Below are positions 26,456 through 35,792 of a DNA stretch of 64,000 bases, piece after piece. The DNA comes from a virus. Position 1 is the first letter of the stretch, and each line of letters starts with the position of its first letter. Both the position numbers and the translations under genes were made by a program. Location of the stretch: IMG/VR virus record IMGVR_UViG_3300035703_000047, positions 1 to 64,000 of that record, one strand, 5' to 3'. The notes beneath the pieces were generated by a model. The model did no database searches. It was not told the origin of the DNA and was given only the letters and a program-made list of their open reading frames with translations.

Positions 26456-28476
26456 TAGAGTATTTCTTTTACTTTACCAATTAAAGTTCTGCCCCAAAAG
26501 TCAAAAATAGAAATTTCTATTTCAGGATCTACAACATATAAAGACGCTAAACATCTCTGTTGTGAAGTTTGAACTTCAATATGTCCATATAAAAATGTTG
26601 TGGCATCAGTGGAAAAAATATTTGATAGATTAACAAATTTTTTCCCAGTTCCAACAAAAATATTAGCAAACTTTTCCGCATCTTTATATAGATCAGCCAT
26701 AACAAATTTAACCTGAGTTCTTTTAAAAAGTTTCCAATATCTAATAAAATTACCAACCCCACCAAAATGATCCATCAGTTCTTTATATAGATTTGAAAAA
26801 GATTCGTCTTCAGAATACTCGCAATCAATTTTCCCTATCCAAGTAAAATAATCTCTTTCGGAGAAACTTCTAATACAATCAATTAGATCGTCATTCTTCC
26901 AACTGTGTAAATGTTTATACCATCGTAAACTTTTTACATTAAAATCATAGACTATAACTTTTCCATCTTTATTTAATTTTTTATTTTTAAAAATATCAAA
27001 TAATTTAAATCCACTTGCAGTATTAACAACCAAGTCAAAGTTACCCTTATTGGATATATGCATTGTTTCACTATTAAATAACCAAATTTGGTCCTTTATC
27101 AATTTTACATCAGATATAATTTTAGATTGATTCCAATTCTGACCTTCATATGGAGTTAAGGCTTTAATACTATCCTCAAACTTATCTGTTTCATGTTCAG
27201 GATAATAATAAAATTTATTAAACCTCAATTTTTCACTCAAAGTTATTACTGGCCAATTATTCAAAAACATAGCCTTTAAAAGATTCCAACCTCTTCCAGC
27301 CTCAGACTGCATGGCTTGTTTATTTGAGTACTTAACCCACAAAGGAGTATAATCATCATGAAAGTTTTCCACACTTCTTTCCACAACAGGTAAAAGTTGT
27401 TTTCCAGAGTACCACTCTCCAAACTTTGGACAACCCACTTTCTTCCATGCTAAAACATTAACTATAAAAAATTGTGGGTGCAATTCCAACCACTTTCCAG
27501 GCCAAGCCAAAATATGTCCAGCTACTCCAAAATTATTATTCTCTTTTATAAACTCTCTTATTTCTCTATCATACTCAAAACTTTTTAAAGTACAACCTGC
27601 AGATTGAATAACACAATACTGATATCCCTTAGTTAATGATTCATTTAATATTTCATGCACTTCATCTCCACATATTATCTCAGCCCCATTCCTAGGCCTA
27701 TTGAGATAAAATAAAGTTGCACCTTTGGCTCTAAGATACATTGGGAAACTACTAATAGAGTTTCTCTGATTATAAACTCCATAACAAATTTTACTTTCTT
27801 TCATATCAAGTTGTTTGAATGCGGTTTGAATTAAATTATCATTAATATGTCCATGGACAATAAAGTGATATCTTGGTTCATTACTATCGTTATAAACTGC
27901 ATGAATATTACCTATATCTAAAAAGAATCCTGTCCCCTGTTTAAATGGAACTCTACCCCAATCTTTAAAATAAAAATTACATCCTTCAGGATTATTAATT
28001 GCTATATTTAAAGGTCCAAAAATTCTACCTTCTCCGTCAGAATGAGGCATGATATATCCACCAGGAGAGAGTCTCATAATCCGGACTCTATCATAATTTT
28101 TGTACCCCAATCTTCTTAAGAACTTAGTACAAGTAGGAAAATATTTACATACTTCAGTCCATTTGTAATTTGCTTCAGATAATCCATACTGATCAAAATG
28201 TTCAGTGACATCCGGTCTAATTCCGTGAAGAGTTAAAGCTGCCCATCCCTCATGAGAATAACTCAAGTGTTTGTCTTTCTGTCTGTGACCAACAAAAAGA
28301 TGATCATTCTCAATACATTCCTGATGCATTTTTTCAAAATCATCTTTGAAGTCTATTTGTAAAAAAGGCCAGTCAGACTCAAATACATCAAAATGTTTTG
28401 AAACCTCAGTTGGATGCCATTGATTATCTAATGAAGATTTTATAAATTCATCAAGTATTTCAACCATAAACTTCAA
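26455..28476 (-). CDS. Multidomain protein with an N-terminal Asp/Asn beta-hydroxylase-type 2OG-Fe(II) domain
   Basis: RVRIMRLSPGGYIMPHSD...IHAVYNDSNEPRYHFIVH, followed by about 450 aa of further domains. Confidence 0.75.
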   Translation of the reverse strand: MKFMVEILDEFIKSSLDNQWHPTEVSKHFDVFESDWPFLQIDFKDDFEKMHQECIENDHLFVGHRQKDKHLSYSHEGWAALTLHGIRPDVTEHFDQYGLSEANYKWTEVCKYFPTCTKFLRRLGYKNYDRVRIMRLSPGGYIMPHSDGEGRIFGPLNIAINNPEGCNFYFKDWGRVPFKQGTGFFLDIGNIHAVYNDSNEPRYHFIVHGHINDNLIQTAFKQLDMKESKICYGVYNQRNSISSFPMYLRAKGATLFYLNRPRNGAEIICGDEVHEILNESLTKGYQYCVIQSAGCTLKSFEYDREIREFIKENNNFGVAGHILAWPGKWLELHPQFFIVNVLAWKKVGCPKFGEWYSGKQLLPVVERSVENFHDDYTPLWVKYSNKQAMQSEAGRGWNLLKAMFLNNWPVITLSEKLRFNKFYYYPEHETDKFEDSIKALTPYEGQNWNQSKIISDVKLIKDQIWLFNSETMHISNKGNFDLVVNTASGFKLFDIFKNKKLNKDGKVIVYDFNVKSLRWYKHLHSWKNDDLIDCIRSFSERDYFTWIGKIDCEYSEDESFSNLYKELMDHFGGVGNFIRYWKLFKRTQVKFVMADLYKDAEKFANIFVGTGKKFVNLSNIFSTDATTFLYGHIEVQTSQQRCLASLYVVDPEIEISIFDFWGRTLIGKVKEIL

Positions 28477-29422
28477 TTTTTTTTACATCTTTTACTTTTG
28501 AAAAAACTTCATTATTCCATCTTTTTTGCAAATCTGCATCATTATACCAATCTTTTTCAATTCGATGAAATTTCAAAAGATCATTATTGACAACAATTGA
28601 GCCAAGATAATATCTACCTAATGCTAATTTACTTAAATCATCTAAAGGAATTTTATCTTTCGTATCTTGATTTAAATTTTTATACCAAGTATGGAATTGA
28701 GATTCAAGTTCCTTCAAAAAATGCGGTCTTTGATGAAAACAAAGCCATGCTTCCGAACTATACATGCTTTGTATTTTTACTTGTTCGTTATCAACAACCC
28801 TAACATCATTATCATATGCGGCACTCATAAAATCTTTACCCAAGGTATTATATCCAAGATAAAGATGACCCCAAGAAAACTCTGTGGTTAAAAATATTTT
28901 ATCCTCTTCTTCTAATTTTTTACCTGGATATGGAGGAAAAACCGTGACTAAACAACTATAGTTTGGAAATTCCCCTTTTCTCGTCTGCAATGCATTCTCG
29001 GTTATATGAATATAATCATTAAGATTCAACCAAGCAGTATGAATTTTTTGACCACGAGCCCATGGGCCGTTACCAAAATCAGACTTCTCACCATATTCTT
29101 CAAATTTTTCATGTAGATTATTCAGATTAACTCTAGTCAAATCCCCAAGTCCCTTTAAAGGAATTAGAGGTTTATGTTCATATGCAAAATTAATAATATC
29201 AATTAAAGAATTAAGTTTTTCATACAATTCACGCAGATTTGTATAGTTTTTATTTGATATATCAAGATTAGGATAGGAGTTTTTAGTCTTTGAATAACTC
29301 TTAACTTCTTGTATCCATCTATCAGTTAAACTACTATTTTGAAGATTATAAAGTAATTGAAGTAATTTTCCATTTTCCAATTCAAAGGTATACCTTACAC
29401 TTTTTCTTCCTGATAAAAACAT
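28460..29422 (-). CDS. Hypothetical island protein
   Basis: AT-rich ORF, LNNLHEKFE / LNDYIHITE / LYLGYNTLGK; late promoter at 29455-29460. Confidence 0.75.
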   Translation of the reverse strand: MFLSGRKSVRYTFELENGKLLQLLYNLQNSSLTDRWIQEVKSYSKTKNSYPNLDISNKNYTNLRELYEKLNSLIDIINFAYEHKPLIPLKGLGDLTRVNLNNLHEKFEEYGEKSDFGNGPWARGQKIHTAWLNLNDYIHITENALQTRKGEFPNYSCLVTVFPPYPGKKLEEEDKIFLTTEFSWGHLYLGYNTLGKDFMSAAYDNDVRVVDNEQVKIQSMYSSEAWLCFHQRPHFLKELESQFHTWYKNLNQDTKDKIPLDDLSKLALGRYYLGSIVVNNDLLKFHRIEKDWYNDADLQKRWNNEVFSKVKDVKKIEVYG

Positions 29423-29463
29423 TTTAATAAAAAATCAAAATAATAACGATAATTTATTTAGTT

Positions 29464-29760
29464 TCAATCGAATCGGGAACTCTGCATCTCATCACTACGT
29501 TTTTTGTCCGCACGACGCTTTGCAACCTTCTGTGCTGGAGATGCAGGTGCGCCATATTGACCAGCAGTAGGTGGTTTTTTACCAGGAACTTTTTTACGTT
29601 GTCCAGCAGGAGTTCCCTCCATACCACGAATCATTTTTTTAACATGGGTGTATGCCTTATCAGTCGATCCACCGGACTTGACTTCTTTACCAGTCTTATA
29701 ATCCTTACCAGTTTCTTTTTCGTAGCGATTGAGTTCGCCAATCAGGACTTTCCCAGGCAA
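29464..29760 (-). CDS. Basic module, probably translated as a -1 frameshift extension of the upstream ORF
   Basis: Only a TTG start; lies in the -1 frame of the GGGAAAG site. Confidence 0.65.
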   Translation of the reverse strand: MPGKVLIGELNRYEKETGKDYKTGKEVKSGGSTDKAYTHVKKMIRGMEGTPAGQRKKVPGKKPPTAGQYGAPASPAQKVAKRRADKKRSDEMQSSRFD

Positions 29761-30347
29761 ACATCCTCCATGATTGATTCAAACCAGGACTCACTCATGT
29801 TGAGAATAATTTTATCTGCAGCATCTTCGGTTGACGCAAATCCTTCGTCAAGAAGATAGGATAAAACTAATTCATATGTATTGATACTTTCACCAATCTC
29901 ACCCATTGCCTTTTGCTTACGCAGTTTCTTGGGATTCTTGGTTACTGTGCCAGAACCATGTTTGTGTCCGCCAGAAGTATACTCAACGGCACTATCTCTT
30001 GCATAATCTCTAGTATCTTGATCTAGTTTTCCTCTACCAGATTTACCCGCAAAACCAGAGTATCTAGGTTTAGTGGATTTCTTACCACGATCCCCAGCAT
30101 CAGGTCCATTATCAATTCTACGAGTGTGTTTTTCAATTTCTCTTACTTTCTTGGTCTTTTCACCTTTCTGCGAATACTCACTTGCTGGTTTCTCACGTCT
30201 AGCAATAGCAACTTTTCCCATTGCCGCTCTTGCCTTTGGAGTTTTGCCATAAGAACCTTCTGCCTCAAGAATTTCTTCAACTTCTTCTTGAAAGACATTA
30301 ACTTGTCGATAGGCTTCCATTAGGCTTTGCAGATCTTTAATGTCCAT
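29742..30347 (-). CDS. Modular late protein, putative internal head polyprotein
   Basis: MDIKDLQSLMEAY leader, TKNPKKLRKQKAMGE module, YLLDEGFA module; late promoter at 30370-30375. Confidence 0.8.
   Translation of the reverse strand: MDIKDLQSLMEAYRQVNVFQEEVEEILEAEGSYGKTPKARAAMGKVAIARREKPASEYSQKGEKTKKVREIEKHTRRIDNGPDAGDRGKKSTKPRYSGFAGKSGRGKLDQDTRDYARDSAVEYTSGGHKHGSGTVTKNPKKLRKQKAMGEIGESINTYELVLSYLLDEGFASTEDAADKIILNMSESWFESIMEDVCLGKS
29748..29769 (-). other. Candidate -1 programmed ribosomal frameshift signal
   Basis: GGAGG-10 nt-G GGA AAG, stop two codons later. Confidence 0.55.
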
Positions 30348-30369
30348 GTTTTTACAAATACTTTTTAGT

Positions 30370-30400
30370 TATTTATAAAAAAAGAAGGGTTTTCCCTTCT
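30370..30400 (-). terminator. Terminator after the cobT-like gene, followed by a late promoter
   Basis: AGAAGGG-AAAA-CCCTTCT-TTTTTT then ATAAATA. Confidence 0.8.
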
Positions 30401-32607
30401 CATGCAACAAAGTCAATAAACTCACCAAGAACTTTCTTATTCATTTTTTTACTCTTCAGGGACTTGACAAACGCAGATCGAATCTGAGTTTTACTTGCAT
30501 CATCAGAAACTTCAAACTCTGCATCATTAGAAAGAGCAGAGCCAGAAAGACCAAAGTATACATGATATCCAGATTTTTTAATTGAAAAGGATTTATGTTT
30601 CTTCCAATCATTCATGATCTCATTGTATTCCTTATTCTCCGAATAATACCCAGAAGAATAATCAGAAGTTTCATAATAACGACGAACAAAACTTCCTGCA
30701 TCACGACCTTCCAGGACCCGAATACCAATAAAATTTACATCTGTAAAACGATCACGAAGATTGCGAAGAAGAACATCAGTAAAACTAGTAAAATCTCCTT
30801 CCAAGTTGTAGGAGAACCCGATTTTACGATCTCGTAGAATAGTATTCACTCCAATAGAATTCAAACCAATATACACTTCTTCGGAGTCATAATTAAAACG
30901 ACCTTTAAATTCTTTGTGAAATTTAAGAGGTGCAGCTTCACCATCAGTCAAAACCACACACTGAACTTTCTGAAGTTTATTTTCCTGTTGAAACTGAGGA
31001 AGAATTTGATGAAGTGCAACCAAGCTTTCATTCAAAGGAGTTCCAGAAAGAGAAAGACGATATGGATGAGTATACTCTGGTGCATCATTATAGGAGTACT
31101 TGAACTCTTTTGCCAACCTAAAGATGTTAATCATTTGTTCTTCAAGAACACGATTATTCACTTTACTGGTAAACAAGTTCATAAGTGAGAAAGATTCATC
31201 AACATGAATCAACCCATGTTTTTTCTCATAATGAGGTTTAATAGGTTGTGGATAATTATTTTCATCCCGATCTGGGCGGCGCCACTCATTAGTAAATGCA
31301 TAAACCTCAAATGGAATAGATACTTTCTTACAGAACCAAATCAAATTATAAAGTTGTTTGATAGTATCCATCATAACATTAGACATTGAGCCGGACCAAT
31401 CAAGAATAAAGACCAAACCATGATTCTTACCATTAGCAAGAGTAGTGACTTTCTTGAACAGGTCTTCGTTGTATTTGTAAGTATGAAGTTTAGAACAGTC
31501 CAGAACACCAGTACGGGCAGTAGTAGCACGAGCGTAAGAATCTGCTGCCTTACGACACTCAAACTCTTTGACCAGATAATTGACTTCCTTCTGTGCAGAA
31601 CGTTTAAATTCAATATATTCTCTATCTACTTTTCCAAAAAGATGATTTTTAGCGAAATTATAATGTTGTTCCTCAAACTTTTGAATTGTTTTTGACCACC
31701 AATCATTAATTTCTCCATGAACATCAGAATTAGATGCAATGACTGTATCAAGATTCAATTTGGGAATCTGCAAGTAAATATTTTCTGAAGAATTTGTATT
31801 CACAAGATCCCGAATTGCTTCTTCAAGATTATCTACAGTTTTAACTTCAGGTTCAGAAGTATCACCCCCAATATTCGAAGTTTTATCTGAAGGAATATCG
31901 GTTTTTTCGTCGGACTGACCATCAGAAGGGGACTGGTTACCTTGACCGGAAGTTTCTAGATCATCCTTATCCGAAGACTCCTGAGACATGTCCTCGGACT
32001 GATTACTGGGAGTAGATTGAAGATTATCAAAAGAATCAATCTTAGTTTTTTCTAGATCTTTTCTCTTACAATACTCATAAAGTTTTACAGCAGCTGCAAT
32101 CGCATCATCAAAAGTTTCTGCATCTGCAACCATATTCAGGATCTCAGTTTCTTCACCCCGTTCAATAGGAACCTGAGTAAATCCACCGATCTTAAACCAC
32201 AGATTTACACGATCAGCTAAATTGTAAGTAGAAATATCATCATCCTTAATCTGGAAAAAATCATCCTCATGCAGTTCCTTATATCCCGCAAAGAAAGATT
32301 TATTGAGACCGGCATAACGACGCTTCATCATCTTTTCGATGCGAGCGTCCTCAGTTACATTCACGAATTGTTGGGGAATGGTAAACTTCTTACTCCAATC
32401 CTCATTAGGAGTATAAAGTGCGTGACCCACTTCATGTCCAACAAGCATATCGTATATAGAGTTAGAAGCCTTCTCCCACATGGGGAGAGTCAACACACGA
32501 GTATCCACATTGAAACATGCAGTAGGAACATGTTTGTGTTCCACCACAAGGTCTTCCGTTGCGAGAAGACGAGCGAGTTGACCTTTGACTTCGTGATTAA
32601 CAGGCAT
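30400..32607 (-). CDS. CobT-like protein: HExxH domain, acidic linker, VWA domain
   Basis: GHEVGH, EDARIE, MIDAS DWSGS, GTPL, LTDG; probable start MPVNHE. Confidence 0.85.
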   Translation of the reverse strand: MPVNHEVKGQLARLLATEDLVVEHKHVPTACFNVDTRVLTLPMWEKASNSIYDMLVGHEVGHALYTPNEDWSKKFTIPQQFVNVTEDARIEKMMKRRYAGLNKSFFAGYKELHEDDFFQIKDDDISTYNLADRVNLWFKIGGFTQVPIERGEETEILNMVADAETFDDAIAAAVKLYEYCKRKDLEKTKIDSFDNLQSTPSNQSEDMSQESSDKDDLETSGQGNQSPSDGQSDEKTDIPSDKTSNIGGDTSEPEVKTVDNLEEAIRDLVNTNSSENIYLQIPKLNLDTVIASNSDVHGEINDWWSKTIQKFEEQHYNFAKNHLFGKVDREYIEFKRSAQKEVNYLVKEFECRKAADSYARATTARTGVLDCSKLHTYKYNEDLFKKVTTLANGKNHGLVFILDWSGSMSNVMMDTIKQLYNLIWFCKKVSIPFEVYAFTNEWRRPDRDENNYPQPIKPHYEKKHGLIHVDESFSLMNLFTSKVNNRVLEEQMINIFRLAKEFKYSYNDAPEYTHPYRLSLSGTPLNESLVALHQILPQFQQENKLQKVQCVVLTDGEAAPLKFHKEFKGRFNYDSEEVYIGLNSIGVNTILRDRKIGFSYNLEGDFTSFTDVLLRNLRDRFTDVNFIGIRVLEGRDAGSFVRRYYETSDYSSGYYSENKEYNEIMNDWKKHKSFSIKKSGYHVYFGLSGSALSNDAEFEVSDDASKTQIRSAFVKSLKSKKMNKKVLGEFIDFVA

Positions 32608-32776
32608 GAACTTTGTTTCGTATGCAGCCATAATACGACGAAACCGCCCCATTGGAGCGGTTCATGTGACGCTTTTTGAACTGGGCCAGTCGTGCTTTCG
32701 CCTGGCGCAGTGCTTGTGGTTTAAGTTTTCGTTTCTGGGGTTTTCCAGAGTTGTGTTGCCAGTTTGGTGTGGTCAT
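32597..32776 (-). CDS. 59-aa basic protein (below ORF-track cutoff)
   Basis: MTTPNWQHNSGKPQKRKLKPQALRQAKARL...; ATGA overlap with the gp46 stop. Confidence 0.6.
   Translation of the reverse strand: MTTPNWQHNSGKPQKRKLKPQALRQAKARLAQFKKRHMNRSNGAVSSYYGCIRNKVHAC
32630..32688 (-). promoter_or_regulatory. Upstream box plus -10 promoter of the cobT-like gene
   Basis: TGGCCCAGTTCAAAAAGCGTCACA-29 nt-TATTAT. Confidence 0.55.
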
Positions 32777-34491
32777 GACACTAGTTTACTGAATCCCTTT
32801 ACTTTATCAAATTTCATCACCCTGTCAAATTTGTCCATGAGATCGTCGGTCTTGTGTGAGATAACGAACACATGAGCGTCCTGGATGACGTAACGAATAA
32901 TATTTGTGAAGAAATCTGTACCTGCACCATCCAAAGAACTATCAAAGATTTCGTCTAGGATAAGAAGATTTGTACTGGCCGAGTTTCTAAGTTTGGCAAT
33001 GTCCCGCCAAGTAAACAAGAGAGAAAGGTCAATACGCATCTTCTCACCTTCACTAAACGACTCATAACTAAAATCTTCATGAACCGGTGACTTTATAACC
33101 TCCTTAAACTCTTCATCCAGTGTGAAATTGATGTAGAAGTCCATCATCTGCAAATATTTGTTTATCTGCTGATTCATAAGAGGCAGATACTTTTTGATGA
33201 TCTTGGACTTTACTCCACCATCTTTCATCAATGAATGAGCGAACTCGTAATAATGAACTTGTTCCTTTTCCTTGGATCTTTCTTTTTCTAATGTTTCGAG
33301 ATCCGATATTAAGTTTTCAAGGGCTTTGCGTTCAGAATTTCTATTTTGAACTTGTTCGGCAATTTCTTGAATTTCGTTTCGTAAATTTTTGATTTGTCGG
33401 TTAAGCCCAGTAATTTTAACATTGTTGTGTGAAATGTCATTGTTGAGTTTGTTGATCTCCGTAGAATAAGATAAAAATTGTTGATCTTTTTCTAGTTCTA
33501 CATTGATTGCATCCTCCAACTCTTGGTATCCTTCATTGAGTTCTTTAGATTTCTCCTCAATATCTACAATCTTATCTAGGCGAAATCTTTCCTCAATGCT
33601 TTGGGTACATGTAGGGCATACCGAATTTTCCTGAAAGAACTTATGTTCCGATACTAGTGTTTGAATTTTTTGTTCTAGTTTTGCCTTAATTTGATTGAGT
33701 TTTTTTAGAGTTGAATTTGTACTAGTTAATTCTTCCAACTTTGGTTGAAGATCTCTTTCAATCATTATCAAAGTAGATTCATTATCAGTAGTCAATTCAT
33801 CAATTTCATTCTCAATTATTTGAATATTTTCTTCCTTCCTCTTGATACGATCTTTTCCACTTTTATCAAGATCTTTGATGAAATTTTCTTGCATCTCAAT
33901 CTTATCTTCAATCATCTCCTTTTTTAGTGAATACTCACGAATGAGTTCATTAGTACGTCTCATTCTTTCTTTAAGAAGATTATTCATTGTAGAGAAAATC
34001 TTAATATCAAGAAGGTCTTCAACAATTTCTCTACGATTTGCAGAGGTTAATTGCATGAATGGGACAAAAGTTGCAGATCCAAGAATAACAGTTTGAGTAA
34101 AAGATTTGTAATTAAGTTTTAAAATACCTTCTTCAAGTTTTTTCTGTTGATCTTGTGCCGCAGAGTCTTGATCTTGGACTTTTCCATCTATCCAAATTTC
34201 AAAAATATTTGGTTTTATTCCTCTAACAACTTTATATTCTTTATTTCCAATTGCAAATTCTATTTCTACAACACAATCTTTTTCATTTACCGAATTGATG
34301 AGTTGTGGTTTATTAATTTTTCTGAATGGTTTGTTATACAAAACAAAAGTAAGAGCATCTAAAATAGTACTCTTTCCGGATCCATTAGTTCCTACAATTA
34401 AGTTTGTTTTGAAGTCTTGAAAATTTACTTCAGTAAATTGATTTCCAGTGGAAAGGAAGTTGCGCCATTTAATCGTTTTGAATAAAATCAT
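32773..34491 (-). CDS. gp46: Recombination nuclease ATPase subunit (SbcC/Rad50-like)
   Basis: GTNGSGKS, CPTC hook, FSEGE, LDEIFD. Confidence 0.95.
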   Translation of the reverse strand: MILFKTIKWRNFLSTGNQFTEVNFQDFKTNLIVGTNGSGKSTILDALTFVLYNKPFRKINKPQLINSVNEKDCVVEIEFAIGNKEYKVVRGIKPNIFEIWIDGKVQDQDSAAQDQQKKLEEGILKLNYKSFTQTVILGSATFVPFMQLTSANRREIVEDLLDIKIFSTMNNLLKERMRRTNELIREYSLKKEMIEDKIEMQENFIKDLDKSGKDRIKRKEENIQIIENEIDELTTDNESTLIMIERDLQPKLEELTSTNSTLKKLNQIKAKLEQKIQTLVSEHKFFQENSVCPTCTQSIEERFRLDKIVDIEEKSKELNEGYQELEDAINVELEKDQQFLSYSTEINKLNNDISHNNVKITGLNRQIKNLRNEIQEIAEQVQNRNSERKALENLISDLETLEKERSKEKEQVHYYEFAHSLMKDGGVKSKIIKKYLPLMNQQINKYLQMMDFYINFTLDEEFKEVIKSPVHEDFSYESFSEGEKMRIDLSLLFTWRDIAKLRNSASTNLLILDEIFDSSLDGAGTDFFTNIIRYVIQDAHVFVISHKTDDLMDKFDRVMKFDKVKGFSKLVS

Positions 34492-34744
34492 ATTTTCTTG
34501 GGGGAATCACAAAATCATCAGGAGATATAATTGCATATCTATAATTATACTCGTGGCAAGTCTTTATTGCAAGTTGTGGATCAACTTCTACAACTTCCAT
34601 TTCAGGATAATCATCAGCCTCTAAAAGACCAGCAAATCTCTCTGCATCATCTTCATCTTGAAAAAAGTATAGTGTCTTTTCACCATTAGAATCAGATACA
34701 GCGTATGCGCCGTCTTCGTCTCCATATGGTGTGATCATGTACAT
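34469..34744 (-). CDS. Conserved acidic hypothetical protein
   Basis: ORF between gp47 and gp46. Confidence 0.75.
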   Translation of the reverse strand: MYMITPYGDEDGAYAVSDSNGEKTLYFFQDEDDAERFAGLLEADDYPEMEVVEVDPQLAIKTCHEYNYRYAIISPDDFVIPPRKYDFIQND

Positions 34745-34745
34745 A

Positions 34746-35792
34746 TTATTCTATTTCGCAGGCTTCTTGATAGACCTCTCTCAATAGTGTTTTGACCTTT
34801 TCTTTGTCTAGGTCAAAATCAGAGTCCTCTACATATTTATTTAAAATAGTAATAGTGTCCTCTATTTTTTCCTGGTCAAAATCTACATTATCATCATTAA
34901 CTTCAAAATTTTCAACAATTTTAATGTCAACAACTCCGGTCTTGTATATCTTATCTACAAACTTTTCAAAAAGAAGTTGATCTGATTTTTTGCGAACAAT
35001 AATCTTAACAATCTTATCTTTACAAGAAGTTGTATTAAATAATTTTGAATTTTGATCCTCGTAATAAATTCTCTCAAACATATTATAAGGATTTTGAACG
35101 AACTCCAATTCAAAAGTTTCGGTATCAAAAAAGTTAAATCCTCTTTTATCATCCACATCATTCCAATAAAGTTGATAAGGATTTCCGAGGTAAAAAATCT
35201 TTCCATTATTAGAACGAGTATGATAGTGTCCAGAACACACAATTCTGAAGTTATCAAAAACATTCACTTCCATTCCATGTTGTTGAACATTTCCTGGATA
35301 CACGCTGAATCCATTTAGTTCAAGATGTCCAAATGCAGCTTTTGATTTAGTTTTAGAAAGCTTTTCCAAGGTTTCTTCACGATTCTCCGGAGAAATCCAA
35401 GGAATCATAAATGTTTTTAATCCAGCAACTTCGTATTCGTCCGGACTAGAAATAGGAACAATGTTGTCATACTCCCTTAACAGAGACTCAATAGAGTTGA
35501 CTTCATTTGTATTTTTATAGTAAGCATCATGATTTCCTACAATTTGATATACTTTGATACCAAGATCTCGAAAACGATCATAAACATTTTCCTTCGCCCA
35601 ATTTAGAGCCCAAAAATCAACACTTTTACGATTATCAAAAGCATCTCCAAGGTGAATACAATGTTTTATTTTTCTTTTTTCTAGTTCTGGAAAAAAGACA
35701 TCATCATAAAACTTTTTAAAATAATCATGAAAGGTTTTACTACCTTTTCTGGCCCCATAATGGGTATCAGTCACACAAGCAATTAATGTCAT
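34746..35792 (-). CDS. gp47: Recombination nuclease subunit (SbcD/Mre11-like)
   Basis: TDTHYG, HLGD, GNHD, SGHYH. Confidence 0.95.
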   Translation of the reverse strand: MTLIACVTDTHYGARKGSKTFHDYFKKFYDDVFFPELEKRKIKHCIHLGDAFDNRKSVDFWALNWAKENVYDRFRDLGIKVYQIVGNHDAYYKNTNEVNSIESLLREYDNIVPISSPDEYEVAGLKTFMIPWISPENREETLEKLSKTKSKAAFGHLELNGFSVYPGNVQQHGMEVNVFDNFRIVCSGHYHTRSNNGKIFYLGNPYQLYWNDVDDKRGFNFFDTETFELEFVQNPYNMFERIYYEDQNSKLFNTTSCKDKIVKIIVRKKSDQLLFEKFVDKIYKTGVVDIKIVENFEVNDDNVDFDQEKIEDTITILNKYVEDSDFDLDKEKVKTLLREVYQEACEIE

